DNA of 64,000 nt from Promethearchaeota archaeon. Its GTDB lineage: Archaea; Asgardarchaeota; Lokiarchaeia; Sigyniarchaeales; SOKP01. Numbering within the stretch: position 1 is the stretch's first letter; the number at the start of each line of letters is the position of its first letter. Made by a program: the position numbers and the translations under genes. Shown one piece after another: positions 18,823 through 29,871 of this stretch. Location of the stretch: contig JBHLOY010000007.1 of assembly GCA_048939995.1 (NCBI GenBank), forward strand, positions 1-64,000, in the 5' to 3' direction. The notes below the pieces were generated by a model, which was not told the origin of the DNA, ran no database searches, and worked only from the letters and a program-made list of their open reading frames with translations.

Positions 18823-20169
18823 TTATTTAATCAATATTCCTGTTTTATCAAAATTTAGGAAATAACTGATTTTTTCTTTTAAGGGGTATATACCCTCTTT
18901 GAATAATGTTATCAGAAAGATCACAATAAAGACAATAGAGCCTAAACCTGGAGCAAAATTGGTTACTACATCTAAAAATGTTGATGAGGTATCTATAGAA
19001 AAAATAGTAAAGACCAAAGATGCAATAGCAACAATTACGGATAAAAATGAAATTATTGCTGCTATTTTTTTGCTGACATTAAGGTGTATAGGTCCTAGAT
19101 CTAAGTGAAAATGTTTAGGTTGTACAATTATTGAGAGGATCGTGTGATTAATCGTTTTTTCTTCATAATCTATATACACATGCAAAAATCGGCGCTCGCC
19201 TTCCTTTTTCTCTTTTTTGGTCTTTTCTTTCTTTTTAATTGGTAGAATTGAAAAGATCATGACTGGAGGATTCACTGCATCTTTTTTTACTTCGACTCTG
19301 CCATATAAAGGATGTACTTCAAAACCTTCTCCTTCCACTCTTAAATTTAATATAGGAGGTTCTTTCTTGAGAGTTTCAATCCTAATAGTCGTTTTAAATA
19401 CGGTTTTGCCTTCTTCATCTACTATTTTTAATTCTTTGTGAGAAAAATAAATATAAAACAAGTAACTCATTTGTTCCATCATAACAGAATAGTATTGAAG
19501 ACCCATATTAATTTCATAAACAGTTGGTCTGAGGGGTTCTGTAACTAACCCTGCCATAGGTTCATCCTCCGCTTTATCTTCATCCATTAAAACCCTCGTA
19601 GGACCTGCCCCAGGAGGAGGTGGCGGAGCTTTAGGAGCTGACGGTGCCATAGAAGATCTAGCTTCTGGTTCTCTTAAGCGTCTGGAATCGTCAAAAGCTA
19701 CTTCTTCCTCTAATTTTTCATAACCAATTTCATCACTTTCATAATCATATTCAATATCCTTAGATTTTTCCTTTGCTTTTTTTCTTATCTCTGATTTAAC
19801 CTTAGGGGCTTTTTTCGATTTGAATTTTTCTTTTTCTTCAACTGGTGCTATTTTTATTTCTTTTTTGGGTTCTTCTTTCTCTTTTTCGATTTCTTTTTTT
19901 GAAAGCAATTTTAAGTTCTTCAATTTTGTGTTTTCTCTTATCTGGTTATGAGTAACAAAATCAACAACTAATAAATTCTCACGAGATAATGAAATTTCTC
20001 CAAAAGAATTATGTAAATCATCTAAAACTTTACTTAATTTAGAAGATTTTTTATAACTTCCAATAAAGACAAAATCGAAAATATATATTGATAAAATCTC
20101 AGTCTTTTTATCATAAAACATCTTATTACTTTCAATTTCTAGTCTATCAATAGCTTGCAGCATTTTCAT
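18823..20169 (-). CDS. Hypothetical protein with a charged/Pro-rich linker and two C-terminal TM helices
   Basis: 448-aa ORF; APKAPPPPPG stretch; hydrophobic C-terminus. Confidence 0.7.
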   Translation of the reverse strand: MKMLQAIDRLEIESNKMFYDKKTEILSIYIFDFVFIGSYKKSSKLSKVLDDLHNSFGEISLSRENLLVVDFVTHNQIRENTKLKNLKLLSKKEIEKEKEEPKKEIKIAPVEEKEKFKSKKAPKVKSEIRKKAKEKSKDIEYDYESDEIGYEKLEEEVAFDDSRRLREPEARSSMAPSAPKAPPPPPGAGPTRVLMDEDKAEDEPMAGLVTEPLRPTVYEINMGLQYYSVMMEQMSYLFYIYFSHKELKIVDEEGKTVFKTTIRIETLKKEPPILNLRVEGEGFEVHPLYGRVEVKKDAVNPPVMIFSILPIKKKEKTKKEKKEGERRFLHVYIDYEEKTINHTILSIIVQPKHFHLDLGPIHLNVSKKIAAIISFLSVIVAIASLVFTIFSIDTSSTFLDVVTNFAPGLGSIVFIVIFLITLFKEGIYPLKEKISYFLNFDKTGILIK

Positions 20170-20259
20170 TATTAATACTCATCTCTAAATCAAAAATTCT
20201 TATAATTATTATGGCTATAATGTTTATGAATTTTTCTGAACCTTTAAGCGATCATCTAA

Positions 20260-21267
20260 TTAATGTTTCAAATCTCTAAAAAATGATTTTATCTTTGGCA
20301 AATAATCTTTGAGGTCCCTTAATCTTCTTATTTCCTTATCAGTTCCTATTACTTTTTCTATCGCTTCATTCATTAGCTGAAGATCTTTATATGATTTATA
20401 GCTTTCATAGGTTTGAGTCTCAAAATTACCAAACCATGGCTTTAACTTTGGAACTGATTCAGTCTCCCTTAAATCCCAATTTAAAGTTCGCTTAAATTCT
20501 TCAGTTAAAGGTTTTAAGTTCATAGCATTCCAATTCATTATTATCCAAGGAGCATATTCATGTAATTTATCATAATCAAGTTCTAAATCGTTTTTCCATT
20601 CGAATTGATGATCCCAATTCGCGATTGATAAATAATTCTCATTAAAACTCTTATCATATCTAAAGAATTTCCAAGAGTTTCTATCAATATTTTCATTCTT
20701 ATAGGGGCTTCCTTCTCCATATTGGAAATAAAATCCTATATTTTTTAACTCATTAGAGTGCTCTTGATCTTTTTTCAAATAGACCTCTATTTGTTTAATA
20801 TCAATCTTGCTTTTGAGTAAATACTCTTGATATAATTTATACACCACATTTTTAGCTTTATTTGGATGACATTTCCCCGAGAACACGGTATAATAAGAGA
20901 AGCAATAGTAAGTTTCAGTTCCTCCTATCGTACTTTCATATATTTCAATCCAGCACTCAATTGGTTTAATCCTAACATTTGATCGTATATAAATTATTAA
21001 CAATATTAGATCAGATAGTACAGCAATTACTATTACTACTAAAAACAATATCAAACTAAAAAATACTTCTATAAAAATAATGGATAATGATACATAGATA
21101 AGCAAAAATCCTGCTATAAAGAAAAAAGCAATCAGGGAGTTATAAGCTTCCGGTTCTTTATCTTTTCTCGAATATAATATTGTTGGGGCTTTATCAATTA
21201 CAATATTTTTGTTAAATTTGTTAATAAAATCTTGGAAATCTATTTTATGCCACTCAGAATTAGACAT
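20260..21267 (-). CDS. Hypothetical membrane protein (two N-terminal TM helices)
   Basis: 335-aa ORF with a hydrophobic hairpin near residues 45-95. Confidence 0.65.
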   Translation of the reverse strand: MSNSEWHKIDFQDFINKFNKNIVIDKAPTILYSRKDKEPEAYNSLIAFFFIAGFLLIYVSLSIIFIEVFFSLILFLVVIVIAVLSDLILLIIYIRSNVRIKPIECWIEIYESTIGGTETYYCFSYYTVFSGKCHPNKAKNVVYKLYQEYLLKSKIDIKQIEVYLKKDQEHSNELKNIGFYFQYGEGSPYKNENIDRNSWKFFRYDKSFNENYLSIANWDHQFEWKNDLELDYDKLHEYAPWIIMNWNAMNLKPLTEEFKRTLNWDLRETESVPKLKPWFGNFETQTYESYKSYKDLQLMNEAIEKVIGTDKEIRRLRDLKDYLPKIKSFFRDLKH

Positions 21268-21424
21268 AATTTAGGCTAAAATTTATTTAAAATTCGTTTA
21301 ATCTCATTAAAGGGTTTTGATATTTATATTTTAGTACCTTTAATCCTATCTTTTTAGAAATGATTAAATCATCTCACTTTGAAATTTTTAATTTTTATGG
21401 TACATTATTGAAATTGATTGATTT

Positions 21425-23740
21425 ATGTTTAATTTTGAGGATTTTATCAATTTCATTAAATCAAAAGACTTCTATTCCAATCAAATCTCTCATATAGAAC
21501 ATATTCCCGAACTAAAAGCTCGATATGACGAATTAAACCAACCTTTGAACAAAAGATTAGAGCATTGGTTATCGGGTTCGAACTCTATAAGACTATGGCG
21601 ACATCAAGCAGAAGCTATAAACTATATAAGACAAGGGAAAAATACTGTTATTGTAACTTCAACAGCTTCAGGAAAATCGTTATGTTATAATTTATCTGTT
21701 CTTGATGCTATACTTAACGACGAAAAAACTACAGCAATCTATGTCTTCCCTACGAAAGCATTAGCAAGAGACCAATATCGTATTTTAAAAAAAATGTTGG
21801 AAGAGACAAACATCAAGCAGCAAAGAGTAGGGGTCTATGACGGTGATGTCGAACAAAATGAAAAAAGAAAAGTATTGGCAAATGCAAACATTATAATTAC
21901 TAATCCTTATGGTCTTCATTTCTATTTACCTTGGTTTAAACAAAATTGGAGACGAATATGCATAAACTTAAAATATATTATCCTGGATGAGATACATATT
22001 TATCGAGGGATTTTTGGATCAAATTTTGCACTACTTATTAGAAGATTAAAGAGAATTTTAAAAAATTTTAATGTAAAGCCAGTTTGGATATTATCAAGTG
22101 CTACAATTCATAATGCAAAAGAATTCAGTGAAAAATTAATTGGTGAAGATTTTTTTATTGTTGATAAAGATGATTCCCCTTCTGGTCCTAAAAATGTAAT
22201 ACTGTGGGATTTACCTTATGACAGTATATCAAATAGATATAGTTCTGCACATCAAGAGACTAAAAACTTATTTATTGCCCATCTCACCTACAACAGCGGA
22301 ATTCAAACCTTAAATTTCACACTATCAAGAAAGATGGCAGAATTACAAGCTATTTGGACTAGAAAAGCTCTTCCTTATTTAAAAGATAAAATTCATAGCT
22401 ATCGAGCAGGTATAAGTAAGAAAAAGAGGAGAGAAATTGAAAGAAGATTTAAAAATAAAGAAATTTTGGGAATTAGCTCCACTAATGCTTTAGAATTAGG
22501 GATAGATATTGGATCCTTAGAAGCAACCATCAGCTCTGGATTTCCAGGTACAATTTCCAGCTTTAGACAACAAATTGGGCGTTCTGGAAGAGGATCTGCT
22601 TTATCTATTTCTACACTTATTCCTATGCAGAACCCTCTTGACTTATTTTATATTCATAATCCTGAAAAATTATTTGGGCCTGTCCAAGAAGATGTATTAA
22701 TTACTCTATCTAATAAATACATTCTTAAAAATCATCTGTGTTGTGCTTCTAAGGAAATCCCTATAAAGCAAGATGAATATTCATCCTTTGGAATTGAAGA
22801 TGAAGACCTATTTCACAATTCTATTGAAGAATTAATTTCAGAAGCTCTTCTAATGAAACGAGGTGAAAAATATTACTGGAGAGGGGGATTTTTCCCAAAT
22901 GAGCAATTTGGATTAAACGATTTATCATCTAAAAGTTATAAGATTATATTAAGAAACCATGGACGTGAAGAACTCCTAACAGTAGAAGACGAGAGTTATG
23001 TATTCCGGGATCTACATCCTGGAGCAGTTTATCTTTATGAAGCAGATACATACGTCGTTGAAGAATTGGATCTAAATGAAAGAATCGTGTATCTAAAGAG
23101 AACTGAAGTAGAATATTACACTCAATCTTTAAAACACACAGAAATTACTCCACTTGAAATAATATTAGAAACTAGCTTTGGACCAGAAAAAAGTGTAAAC
23201 GCTTTTTTTGGTGACGTAAAGGTTGAGCATGAATACTATTCATATAAAGTTATTGATACAATCAGTCAAGAAATTCTCTCCCGTCATTCTTTAGACAACA
23301 TTCCAATAGTAGAATTTGAAAGTCAAGCTTTCTGGCTTACTATCCCATTTGAATATCAAAAGCAATTAGAGATGAAAGGGTATGATCTTGGAGGAACTAT
23401 TCATGCTATTGAACATGCAATAATAGCGATATCCCCGGCATTAGCTCAAATTTCAAGATGGGATTTAGGAGGTGTATCTATAGATTTTGATCCTGTTAAA
23501 CAACAACCTGTAATTTATATATATGATGCATACAGGGGAGGTATTGGTATATCAGAATTATTGTACAACAATATAGAACAATTATTAGAGTTAACTTATA
23601 AATTAATTGAATCTTGTTCTTGCAAAAATGAAAATGGGTGCCCAATGTGCGTAATGAGCCCAAAATGTGGCAATAATAATGACCCTCTAGACAAACAAGG
23701 CGCGCTTTTTCTTCTAGAAAAGTTTCTTAATAGCATGTGA
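21425..23740 (+). CDS. DEAD/DEAH-box helicase of the Hrq1/MrfA type with C-terminal Zn-binding DUF1998
   Basis: TASGKS, FPTKALA.DQ, DEIH, SAT, TNALELGIDIG, QIGRSGR, C-terminal CSC..GCPMC..SPKCGN. Confidence 0.93.
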   Translation: MFNFEDFINFIKSKDFYSNQISHIEHIPELKARYDELNQPLNKRLEHWLSGSNSIRLWRHQAEAINYIRQGKNTVIVTSTASGKSLCYNLSVLDAILNDEKTTAIYVFPTKALARDQYRILKKMLEETNIKQQRVGVYDGDVEQNEKRKVLANANIIITNPYGLHFYLPWFKQNWRRICINLKYIILDEIHIYRGIFGSNFALLIRRLKRILKNFNVKPVWILSSATIHNAKEFSEKLIGEDFFIVDKDDSPSGPKNVILWDLPYDSISNRYSSAHQETKNLFIAHLTYNSGIQTLNFTLSRKMAELQAIWTRKALPYLKDKIHSYRAGISKKKRREIERRFKNKEILGISSTNALELGIDIGSLEATISSGFPGTISSFRQQIGRSGRGSALSISTLIPMQNPLDLFYIHNPEKLFGPVQEDVLITLSNKYILKNHLCCASKEIPIKQDEYSSFGIEDEDLFHNSIEELISEALLMKRGEKYYWRGGFFPNEQFGLNDLSSKSYKIILRNHGREELLTVEDESYVFRDLHPGAVYLYEADTYVVEELDLNERIVYLKRTEVEYYTQSLKHTEITPLEIILETSFGPEKSVNAFFGDVKVEHEYYSYKVIDTISQEILSRHSLDNIPIVEFESQAFWLTIPFEYQKQLEMKGYDLGGTIHAIEHAIIAISPALAQISRWDLGGVSIDFDPVKQQPVIYIYDAYRGGIGISELLYNNIEQLLELTYKLIESCSCKNENGCPMCVMSPKCGNNNDPLDKQGALFLLEKFLNSM

Positions 23741-23819
23741 ATTGAAAATAAATTCCCATTTCAGTCATTAAACTTAAATTTTTAAATTTTTAAAAGTAGA
23801 AATAAGGATAAGAAGATGG

Positions 23820-24128
23820 TTGGAACAACTTACTGAATACCGAAAACCAATAGATATAAATCTAACTGAAAGAACTAAAGAAATCGACCTAAAAACTAAA
23901 ATACAAGAAGCCGCATATTACTTGGCGTTAAAGCAGCACTATTATAATGATCTATGTTGGATTCTAGCTGAAAAAATTCAAAAAAGAAATCTAATCACGC
24001 CAACAACAGAAGATATTAGAAAAATGGCAGAAGAAATCTCAAATTTATCAAAAACATATGATGAATTATGCTGGTTAAATGCTGAAATGGAGTTAAAACC
24101 TAATACTCTTATAATAACTAAACACTAG
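23820..24128 (+). CDS. Small protein with two tandem DUF2934-like helical repeats
   Basis: Repeat I...A..(L/I)......Y..LCW..AE occurs twice. Confidence 0.6.
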   Translation: MEQLTEYRKPIDINLTERTKEIDLKTKIQEAAYYLALKQHYYNDLCWILAEKIQKRNLITPTTEDIRKMAEEISNLSKTYDELCWLNAEMELKPNTLIITKH

Positions 24129-24512
24129 ATAAAGCGGGTAGAAATTAGAACATAAACTAGCGTTTATTGTTATCATTTAAGTAATAAAGTAAAAGATTGT
24201 TTTTGAAGGATAAAGAATATTCATAAAAACTAATAACTAGAACAAATAAAAAAAATTAAAAAAAAATTATTTTATAAGTTCATTAAGAGCAGGATTAAAT
24301 CCAAAATTCCAAATCATTATTTCTTTTCTTTCTTTTCTTTTCATTTTTTTAACCTTTTTCTATGTTTTTTTTATTAATTTTAATATAGATAAGCTTCGAT
24401 ATATAGTTTCTATCCCGTAACTTTCCGCGAAGTTCGAATTATAAAAAAAGCCTATATAGTTTAAATAACAAAAATACCTTTCTATAATTAAGGAAAATTA
24501 TTTTAGATTTCA

Positions 24513-26981
24513 TTGATAATGAGTCAAAATTATCCCCATGAAGAGATATATAAAACTCCTAAATTCGGAAGAAAGAATTTTGAACACATTATTCTATGGA
24601 TGTTAAATAATAATGAAGAATGTGAGTGGTCAGACTTCACTCAAAAGCCACTTGAACTAAGATTATCTACTCTTTCTAAATATCTCTCCTTATTAAAAGG
24701 AAAAGGTTACGTTGATAATTATTCTCGAGGGCATTATAAAATAACCTCTGAGGGTAAAAATAGATTTTATGAAGTTTCTAGAACCTTTAAAAAAAAGAAA
24801 AAATTGAGTTATCCTCCCGATGTAATCAAAAGGAGGAGATTTTACGATCATTGGATTATATGGATGGTGTACAATAATAGCTATTGTAAATGGTCTGATT
24901 TTCTCGAAGAACCACTTTCAATCAATCAATCTTCTTTATCAAAAAATATGAATCTGTTAATAGATAAAGGATTTGTAATAAAAGAAAATAAGGAGTATAG
25001 AATTACCCAATCAGGTAAATTAGAATATTCTAGAATGTTACAAGGTTATGATTTAGATAAACAATCAATTCTGGATGAAGAAAGTAAAAGAATTGAAGAG
25101 ATTACTAAAAAAGTAATTAAATTTTTTGATATAAATGGTATAAAAGATGAAAATATTCAATTTAGGTTTCTCAATAATGTTTTAAGATTAGACTATACAA
25201 GAGTTAAATCCATGTTGACAAAAGAGGAAGATTTTGACAAAATTTTGCTCTTTCTGTCTATTAATCATCCAAATCAATATCCTAATTACATTTCTATTCA
25301 AGATTTTTCGAAAACGTATGGGATTAAGGAATCAAAACTGGAATACTATATAGACGAAATTGTGGAGAATAAAATATATCCGATTAAATTTTTCAATATA
25401 AACATCCCACCAGATATATATTATTATTTTCAAGAAAATGAGAGATTAGAAATAATGCTTCGAGCTATCACCGAGGATCATATTACTAAATTTACCTACT
25501 TAAATAAATTATTTTCAAGGTCATCAGATATGCACACTACTATAAATAATATTCTAGAAGAGATTTGTGAAATTTTGTTTCATAAAGATTTAAAAGGACC
25601 ATTAAGGAATTTTTTATTCGAATATATAAACTATTTAGCTTATAAAATTGAAGCGGAGAAGGATTTAATTGATACTTTTGACAAGATAGAGGGAATAATA
25701 TGGCGTGAAGTTCAAAAGTATCAACCTCAATTTTTAGATGAATGTGAAATTTTTTATTATATAGATCCAGTAATATTAGAAACATTAGAACCTCATTATA
25801 AGTCTAAATTTAAAATTCCCTTTAATAAAGCAAAAAATTTAATGAGAAATAAAGAATATCTTGAAGCATTAAAGGTTGTTAATTCTACCATTGATTCAAA
25901 TCAGAAGGATCTGGGATTGACCATTTTAAAAGCAGTAATTTTATGCTTTTTAGAAAAAAATAATCAAGTAATAGATTTACTAAGAGAAGAGATTGAAATT
26001 TCTCGGAATTTTAGAGAAAACAAACAATTCATTCCCATTTTTCTATTATTAGCCATATCCTACATGACAATTGGAGACATTAAAAGTGCTCGTGGAGTAG
26101 TAAGTAAAATTATGGAGAATTATCCTGATAAGGCACTCTCTTATGCCACTAAAGGATTAGTAGATGGTTATAATTTAATATATAATATTGAACCACAAGG
26201 GACTGATCTAAATATTGTTTTAGCTGAAATTGATAAAGCTATTTCATTGGATAATGTTGAGAGTAATAAAGCCCGATATTATCAATTAAAAAGTACAATT
26301 TTATTACGAATGAACAAATGTGATGATGCAAATGAAGCAATTAATAAAGCCCTTGAATTAATTTCCAGCGAATTTGATATTTATGATTCAAAAATTAACA
26401 TTTTACTCTACTCTAACCAGTATGATAAACTTTTGAACTTATTAGATGATTTAATTGAAATCTTTCCTGATAACGAACTCTATCTTAAAATTAAAAAAGC
26501 TTATGTTTATAAAAATCTCAAAAATCTTGAAGCAGGATTAGCTATTATTAATGATCTACTCCAAAAATATCCAAATAACACTGAAATTTTGAATACAAAA
26601 GTATATTATCTTCAATATTTAAAAAGAAAAGAAGAAGCGCTCAGAACCATAAAAAATCTAATAGAAAAGGAACCAAATGAAGCAATGTTCCATGATACAT
26701 ATGGAGAAATGCTTATGAGCATGCAAGAATACGATAAAGCAGCTGAAGAGTTTATCAATACTGTTGAATTGGCACCATATGAGTGGTTCACCTTTCAAAC
26801 ATATGTTAAATTAGGAATTTGCTATAAAGAGCTAGGAGATCATGAAAAAGCAGAGGAATTTCTTAAAAAAGGAAAAGATTTAACTAATAAATGTTATTGT
26901 AATTATGATATAAAAAACAAATGGTTGAAGATTGCAGATTTATTCATAATTGAATTAGAGAAATTAAAAGTTGGAGTATAG
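24513..26981 (+). CDS. Tandem wHTH plus TPR-repeat protein (putative regulator)
   Basis: Two repeats of IxWM..NN..C.WSDF..PL.....LSK....L..KG.V......Y.IT..GK; C-terminal TPR helices. Confidence 0.8.
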   Translation: MIMSQNYPHEEIYKTPKFGRKNFEHIILWMLNNNEECEWSDFTQKPLELRLSTLSKYLSLLKGKGYVDNYSRGHYKITSEGKNRFYEVSRTFKKKKKLSYPPDVIKRRRFYDHWIIWMVYNNSYCKWSDFLEEPLSINQSSLSKNMNLLIDKGFVIKENKEYRITQSGKLEYSRMLQGYDLDKQSILDEESKRIEEITKKVIKFFDINGIKDENIQFRFLNNVLRLDYTRVKSMLTKEEDFDKILLFLSINHPNQYPNYISIQDFSKTYGIKESKLEYYIDEIVENKIYPIKFFNINIPPDIYYYFQENERLEIMLRAITEDHITKFTYLNKLFSRSSDMHTTINNILEEICEILFHKDLKGPLRNFLFEYINYLAYKIEAEKDLIDTFDKIEGIIWREVQKYQPQFLDECEIFYYIDPVILETLEPHYKSKFKIPFNKAKNLMRNKEYLEALKVVNSTIDSNQKDLGLTILKAVILCFLEKNNQVIDLLREEIEISRNFRENKQFIPIFLLLAISYMTIGDIKSARGVVSKIMENYPDKALSYATKGLVDGYNLIYNIEPQGTDLNIVLAEIDKAISLDNVESNKARYYQLKSTILLRMNKCDDANEAINKALELISSEFDIYDSKINILLYSNQYDKLLNLLDDLIEIFPDNELYLKIKKAYVYKNLKNLEAGLAIINDLLQKYPNNTEILNTKVYYLQYLKRKEEALRTIKNLIEKEPNEAMFHDTYGEMLMSMQEYDKAAEEFINTVELAPYEWFTFQTYVKLGICYKELGDHEKAEEFLKKGKDLTNKCYCNYDIKNKWLKIADLFIIELEKLKVGV

Positions 26982-26991
26982 ATTTTTCAAA

Positions 26992-27543
26992 TTATTCTGA
27001 GGATAGTTTCTTATATTTAAAATACAAATTTTCAATAATAACATTAAATGCTTCATAAACTCCCCGTCCTGTTTTTGCTGAAGTTAAGTAATATCCCAGA
27101 AAATTACGATCCTTTACCACTCTTTGAATTTCTGTAGATTCAAGGTCGTTCTCATCAATTAAATCGACTTTATTTGCAAATAAAACAATTGGAATATCTT
27201 CACAATAGTCATTAAGATCATTATGCCAATTTTGAATATGCTCAAAGCTCCGCTTTCCAAAATCATTTTCTTCAAGACTATACACAATAATAGCCGCTTT
27301 ACTTTCTCTATAAAAAGAAGGGCGCAGAAAGAGGAAATCATCTTGACCAGCTATGTCCCAGAATGTTAGTTTAATTTTATCTCCATTAATTGTTTTCTCA
27401 TAGTCTGAAAATTGAGCACCAATTGTCTTAATATAATCCCCTTGAAAGATGCCTTCAGTGAATTTCTTAATTAAGGAAGTCTTTCCTACACCACCATCTC
27501 CAATGACTGTAATCTTAAATCCAAATTTTTGAATGTTATTCAT
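26992..27543 (-). CDS. Rab-like small GTPase
   Basis: G1 GDGGVGKT, G2 TIG, G3 WDIAGQ, G4 NKVD, G5 SAK. Confidence 0.93.
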   Translation of the reverse strand: MNNIQKFGFKITVIGDGGVGKTSLIKKFTEGIFQGDYIKTIGAQFSDYEKTINGDKIKLTFWDIAGQDDFLFLRPSFYRESKAAIIVYSLEENDFGKRSFEHIQNWHNDLNDYCEDIPIVLFANKVDLIDENDLESTEIQRVVKDRNFLGYYLTSAKTGRGVYEAFNVIIENLYFKYKKLSSE

Positions 27544-27829
27544 TACTTAAATTCATAACAGTCATTTTATGAAAGATTAGAATTATATTAATATAAAAGT
27601 TTTGAAAACATTTATCATAAAAGAATAATGAAACAAATAAAAAAAATAATTATTTAATAAGTCATTGAACGATAGGATTAAATCCTCCAGTAAAATGGTT
27701 ATTAAAGACCTAACCATCTCTATATGATTGAGAGAATATTTCGCTTCATCAGATCTCTATCCTAAAAATTTATTTAAGGAAATCTTACTTCTTTTTATTT
27801 AATTTTATACTTGTTCGAAATTAATTCCA

Positions 27830-29764
27830 ATGCCAGAATTTAGAGAAAAACTGAAGACTATCAACCAGTTTTTTAATCAAGGTTTATATTTTAAAGCTCT
27901 TAATGTTTTAAACGATTTCGAACAAAAAATAGATCCTACTTCTGAAGACCAACTCTTTTGTCATATACTAAAGAGTAATATCTTTTATGAGCTTGGGCGA
28001 TCTACTGATGCTCTCAAATTTGCTGAAGAGGCGTGTAGTATGAGTCAAGAGCTTGGAAATAAACCGCTCCTTATTGACAGTTATATTTCTAAAGCTTGGG
28101 CTTTATTGGATTTAGGAGATTTAGATGCAGTTTTAGATTTATTATCAAGGGGAGAAAATTTACTTAACCAACTTAGTATGATGCCACGTTCAGAGTCTGC
28201 AAAAAGAGAATCTCTTTTAAAATTAATCAAAAGTTCATTTTCTTTTCGAAAAAACCGTGATATAGACAAAGCCATTGAATTTGGTGAAGAAAGTCTAAAA
28301 ATATCTGAGAAATATAACAATTATAATGAACTCGTGCTAGCTTTGAACATCAACAGTTCGTATTATTTTATTATTGGAGATTATCAACGAGCTAAAGATT
28401 ATCTGGAACGATGTCTAAGAGTTCAAAAAAATTACCGCAAACGCGATGATTGGAGATCAATTAAAGATCTTGGGGTATTGAACGGCATAATAGGTGAATT
28501 AAACCTTGCGTTAGAATATACCAAGCATAGCCTAACAATTGCTGAAGAATTAGGGAATAAAAGCTATATTGCACAATGTCTTAACAATGCTTCCTTAATA
28601 TACCGGCAAATGGGGAATTTTGATCAAGCTATGGAGGCTTTAAAGCGAAGCCTTAAGATTTGGGAAGAACTTGACATTAAAACGAGATTAATAGGTGGTC
28701 TAGATTCTCTATTTATTGTCTCGCTAGATGCTAATTCTATTAAACAAGCAAAACAGTATTTATTGCGTATGCAACATATTAACAGAACAGTAAAAGATGA
28801 AGTATCTGATTTAGCATGCCGTGTAAATAAAGCATTATTACTAAAAAAGAGTTCAAATTCTTTCGATCAAGAAAAAGCTAAAGAAATACTCCTACAAGTT
28901 GTTGAAGAGGAGGTTATTAATTGGGAATTCACTGAACGTGCACTCCTTCATTTATGTGATATTTTCTTGCTTGAACTACAAACTTATAACAACCAAGAAG
29001 TTTTGCGTAAAGTTAATCTCCTTATAAATCGATTATCCAAATTTGCAGAATTTCAACACTCTTTTCGTTTGCTAGCAGAAGCTAATCTACTACGGGGCAA
29101 GCTAGCATTAATTCAAATGAATATGGGAGATGCAAGACAGTTATTCACCAAAGCTGAGCGCATAGCTGATGAGCATGGACTTCATTTATTAGCTAGAATA
29201 ATTTCAATTGAACACGATAAATTATTAGAAGAGCTAGAAAAATGGGAACGATTGCGAAAAGCTAAGACTCCTGTATCTGAACGATTAAAATTAGTTGAAA
29301 TAGACAAAACTTTAGATCATATGATGGGTAAGAGGATGATAGAACCACCAGATTTAATTGAAGAAGATCCTATATTACTTATTATAATGAGTAAAGGCGG
29401 AAATGCTTATTTTAATCATTCTTTTACAAAAAATTGGAATCGAAGCAACCTTTTTAGCTCTTTTATCTCAGCTTTTAATACTTTTAGTACAGAGATCTTC
29501 GCAAAAACTATTGATCGCATCAAAATCGGGGAAAATATTATCTTTATAAAACTGGTCGAACCTTTTGTAGTCTGTTACGTCAGCAAAGGACAATCTTATC
29601 CTGCCATAAAGAAACTAAATAAATTCTCAGATTCCATCAAAAATGAAAAAGAGATTTGGGATACTTTAAATAAAGCAGTTAAAACATCTCAGGAGTTAAG
29701 CATAAATAACTCACCTTTACTTGGAACCGTAGTTAACGAGATTTTCAGAGTAATATCAAATTAA
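27830..29764 (+). CDS. TPR-repeat protein with probable C-terminal longin-like domain
   Basis: TPR helices; C-terminal ILLIIMSKGGNAYF...LFSSFISAFNTFS.EIF...IDRI pattern. Confidence 0.75.
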   Translation: MPEFREKLKTINQFFNQGLYFKALNVLNDFEQKIDPTSEDQLFCHILKSNIFYELGRSTDALKFAEEACSMSQELGNKPLLIDSYISKAWALLDLGDLDAVLDLLSRGENLLNQLSMMPRSESAKRESLLKLIKSSFSFRKNRDIDKAIEFGEESLKISEKYNNYNELVLALNINSSYYFIIGDYQRAKDYLERCLRVQKNYRKRDDWRSIKDLGVLNGIIGELNLALEYTKHSLTIAEELGNKSYIAQCLNNASLIYRQMGNFDQAMEALKRSLKIWEELDIKTRLIGGLDSLFIVSLDANSIKQAKQYLLRMQHINRTVKDEVSDLACRVNKALLLKKSSNSFDQEKAKEILLQVVEEEVINWEFTERALLHLCDIFLLELQTYNNQEVLRKVNLLINRLSKFAEFQHSFRLLAEANLLRGKLALIQMNMGDARQLFTKAERIADEHGLHLLARIISIEHDKLLEELEKWERLRKAKTPVSERLKLVEIDKTLDHMMGKRMIEPPDLIEEDPILLIIMSKGGNAYFNHSFTKNWNRSNLFSSFISAFNTFSTEIFAKTIDRIKIGENIIFIKLVEPFVVCYVSKGQSYPAIKKLNKFSDSIKNEKEIWDTLNKAVKTSQELSINNSPLLGTVVNEIFRVISN

Positions 29765-29871
29765 TTACAATATCTATAAAATTTATTTTTGCTATAAATA
29801 ACTATTTTTGCTTTATTTCTAAGTGTATAAGATGAAAATATTTATCCTTCATCCTTTCTTCATCAATTAAT

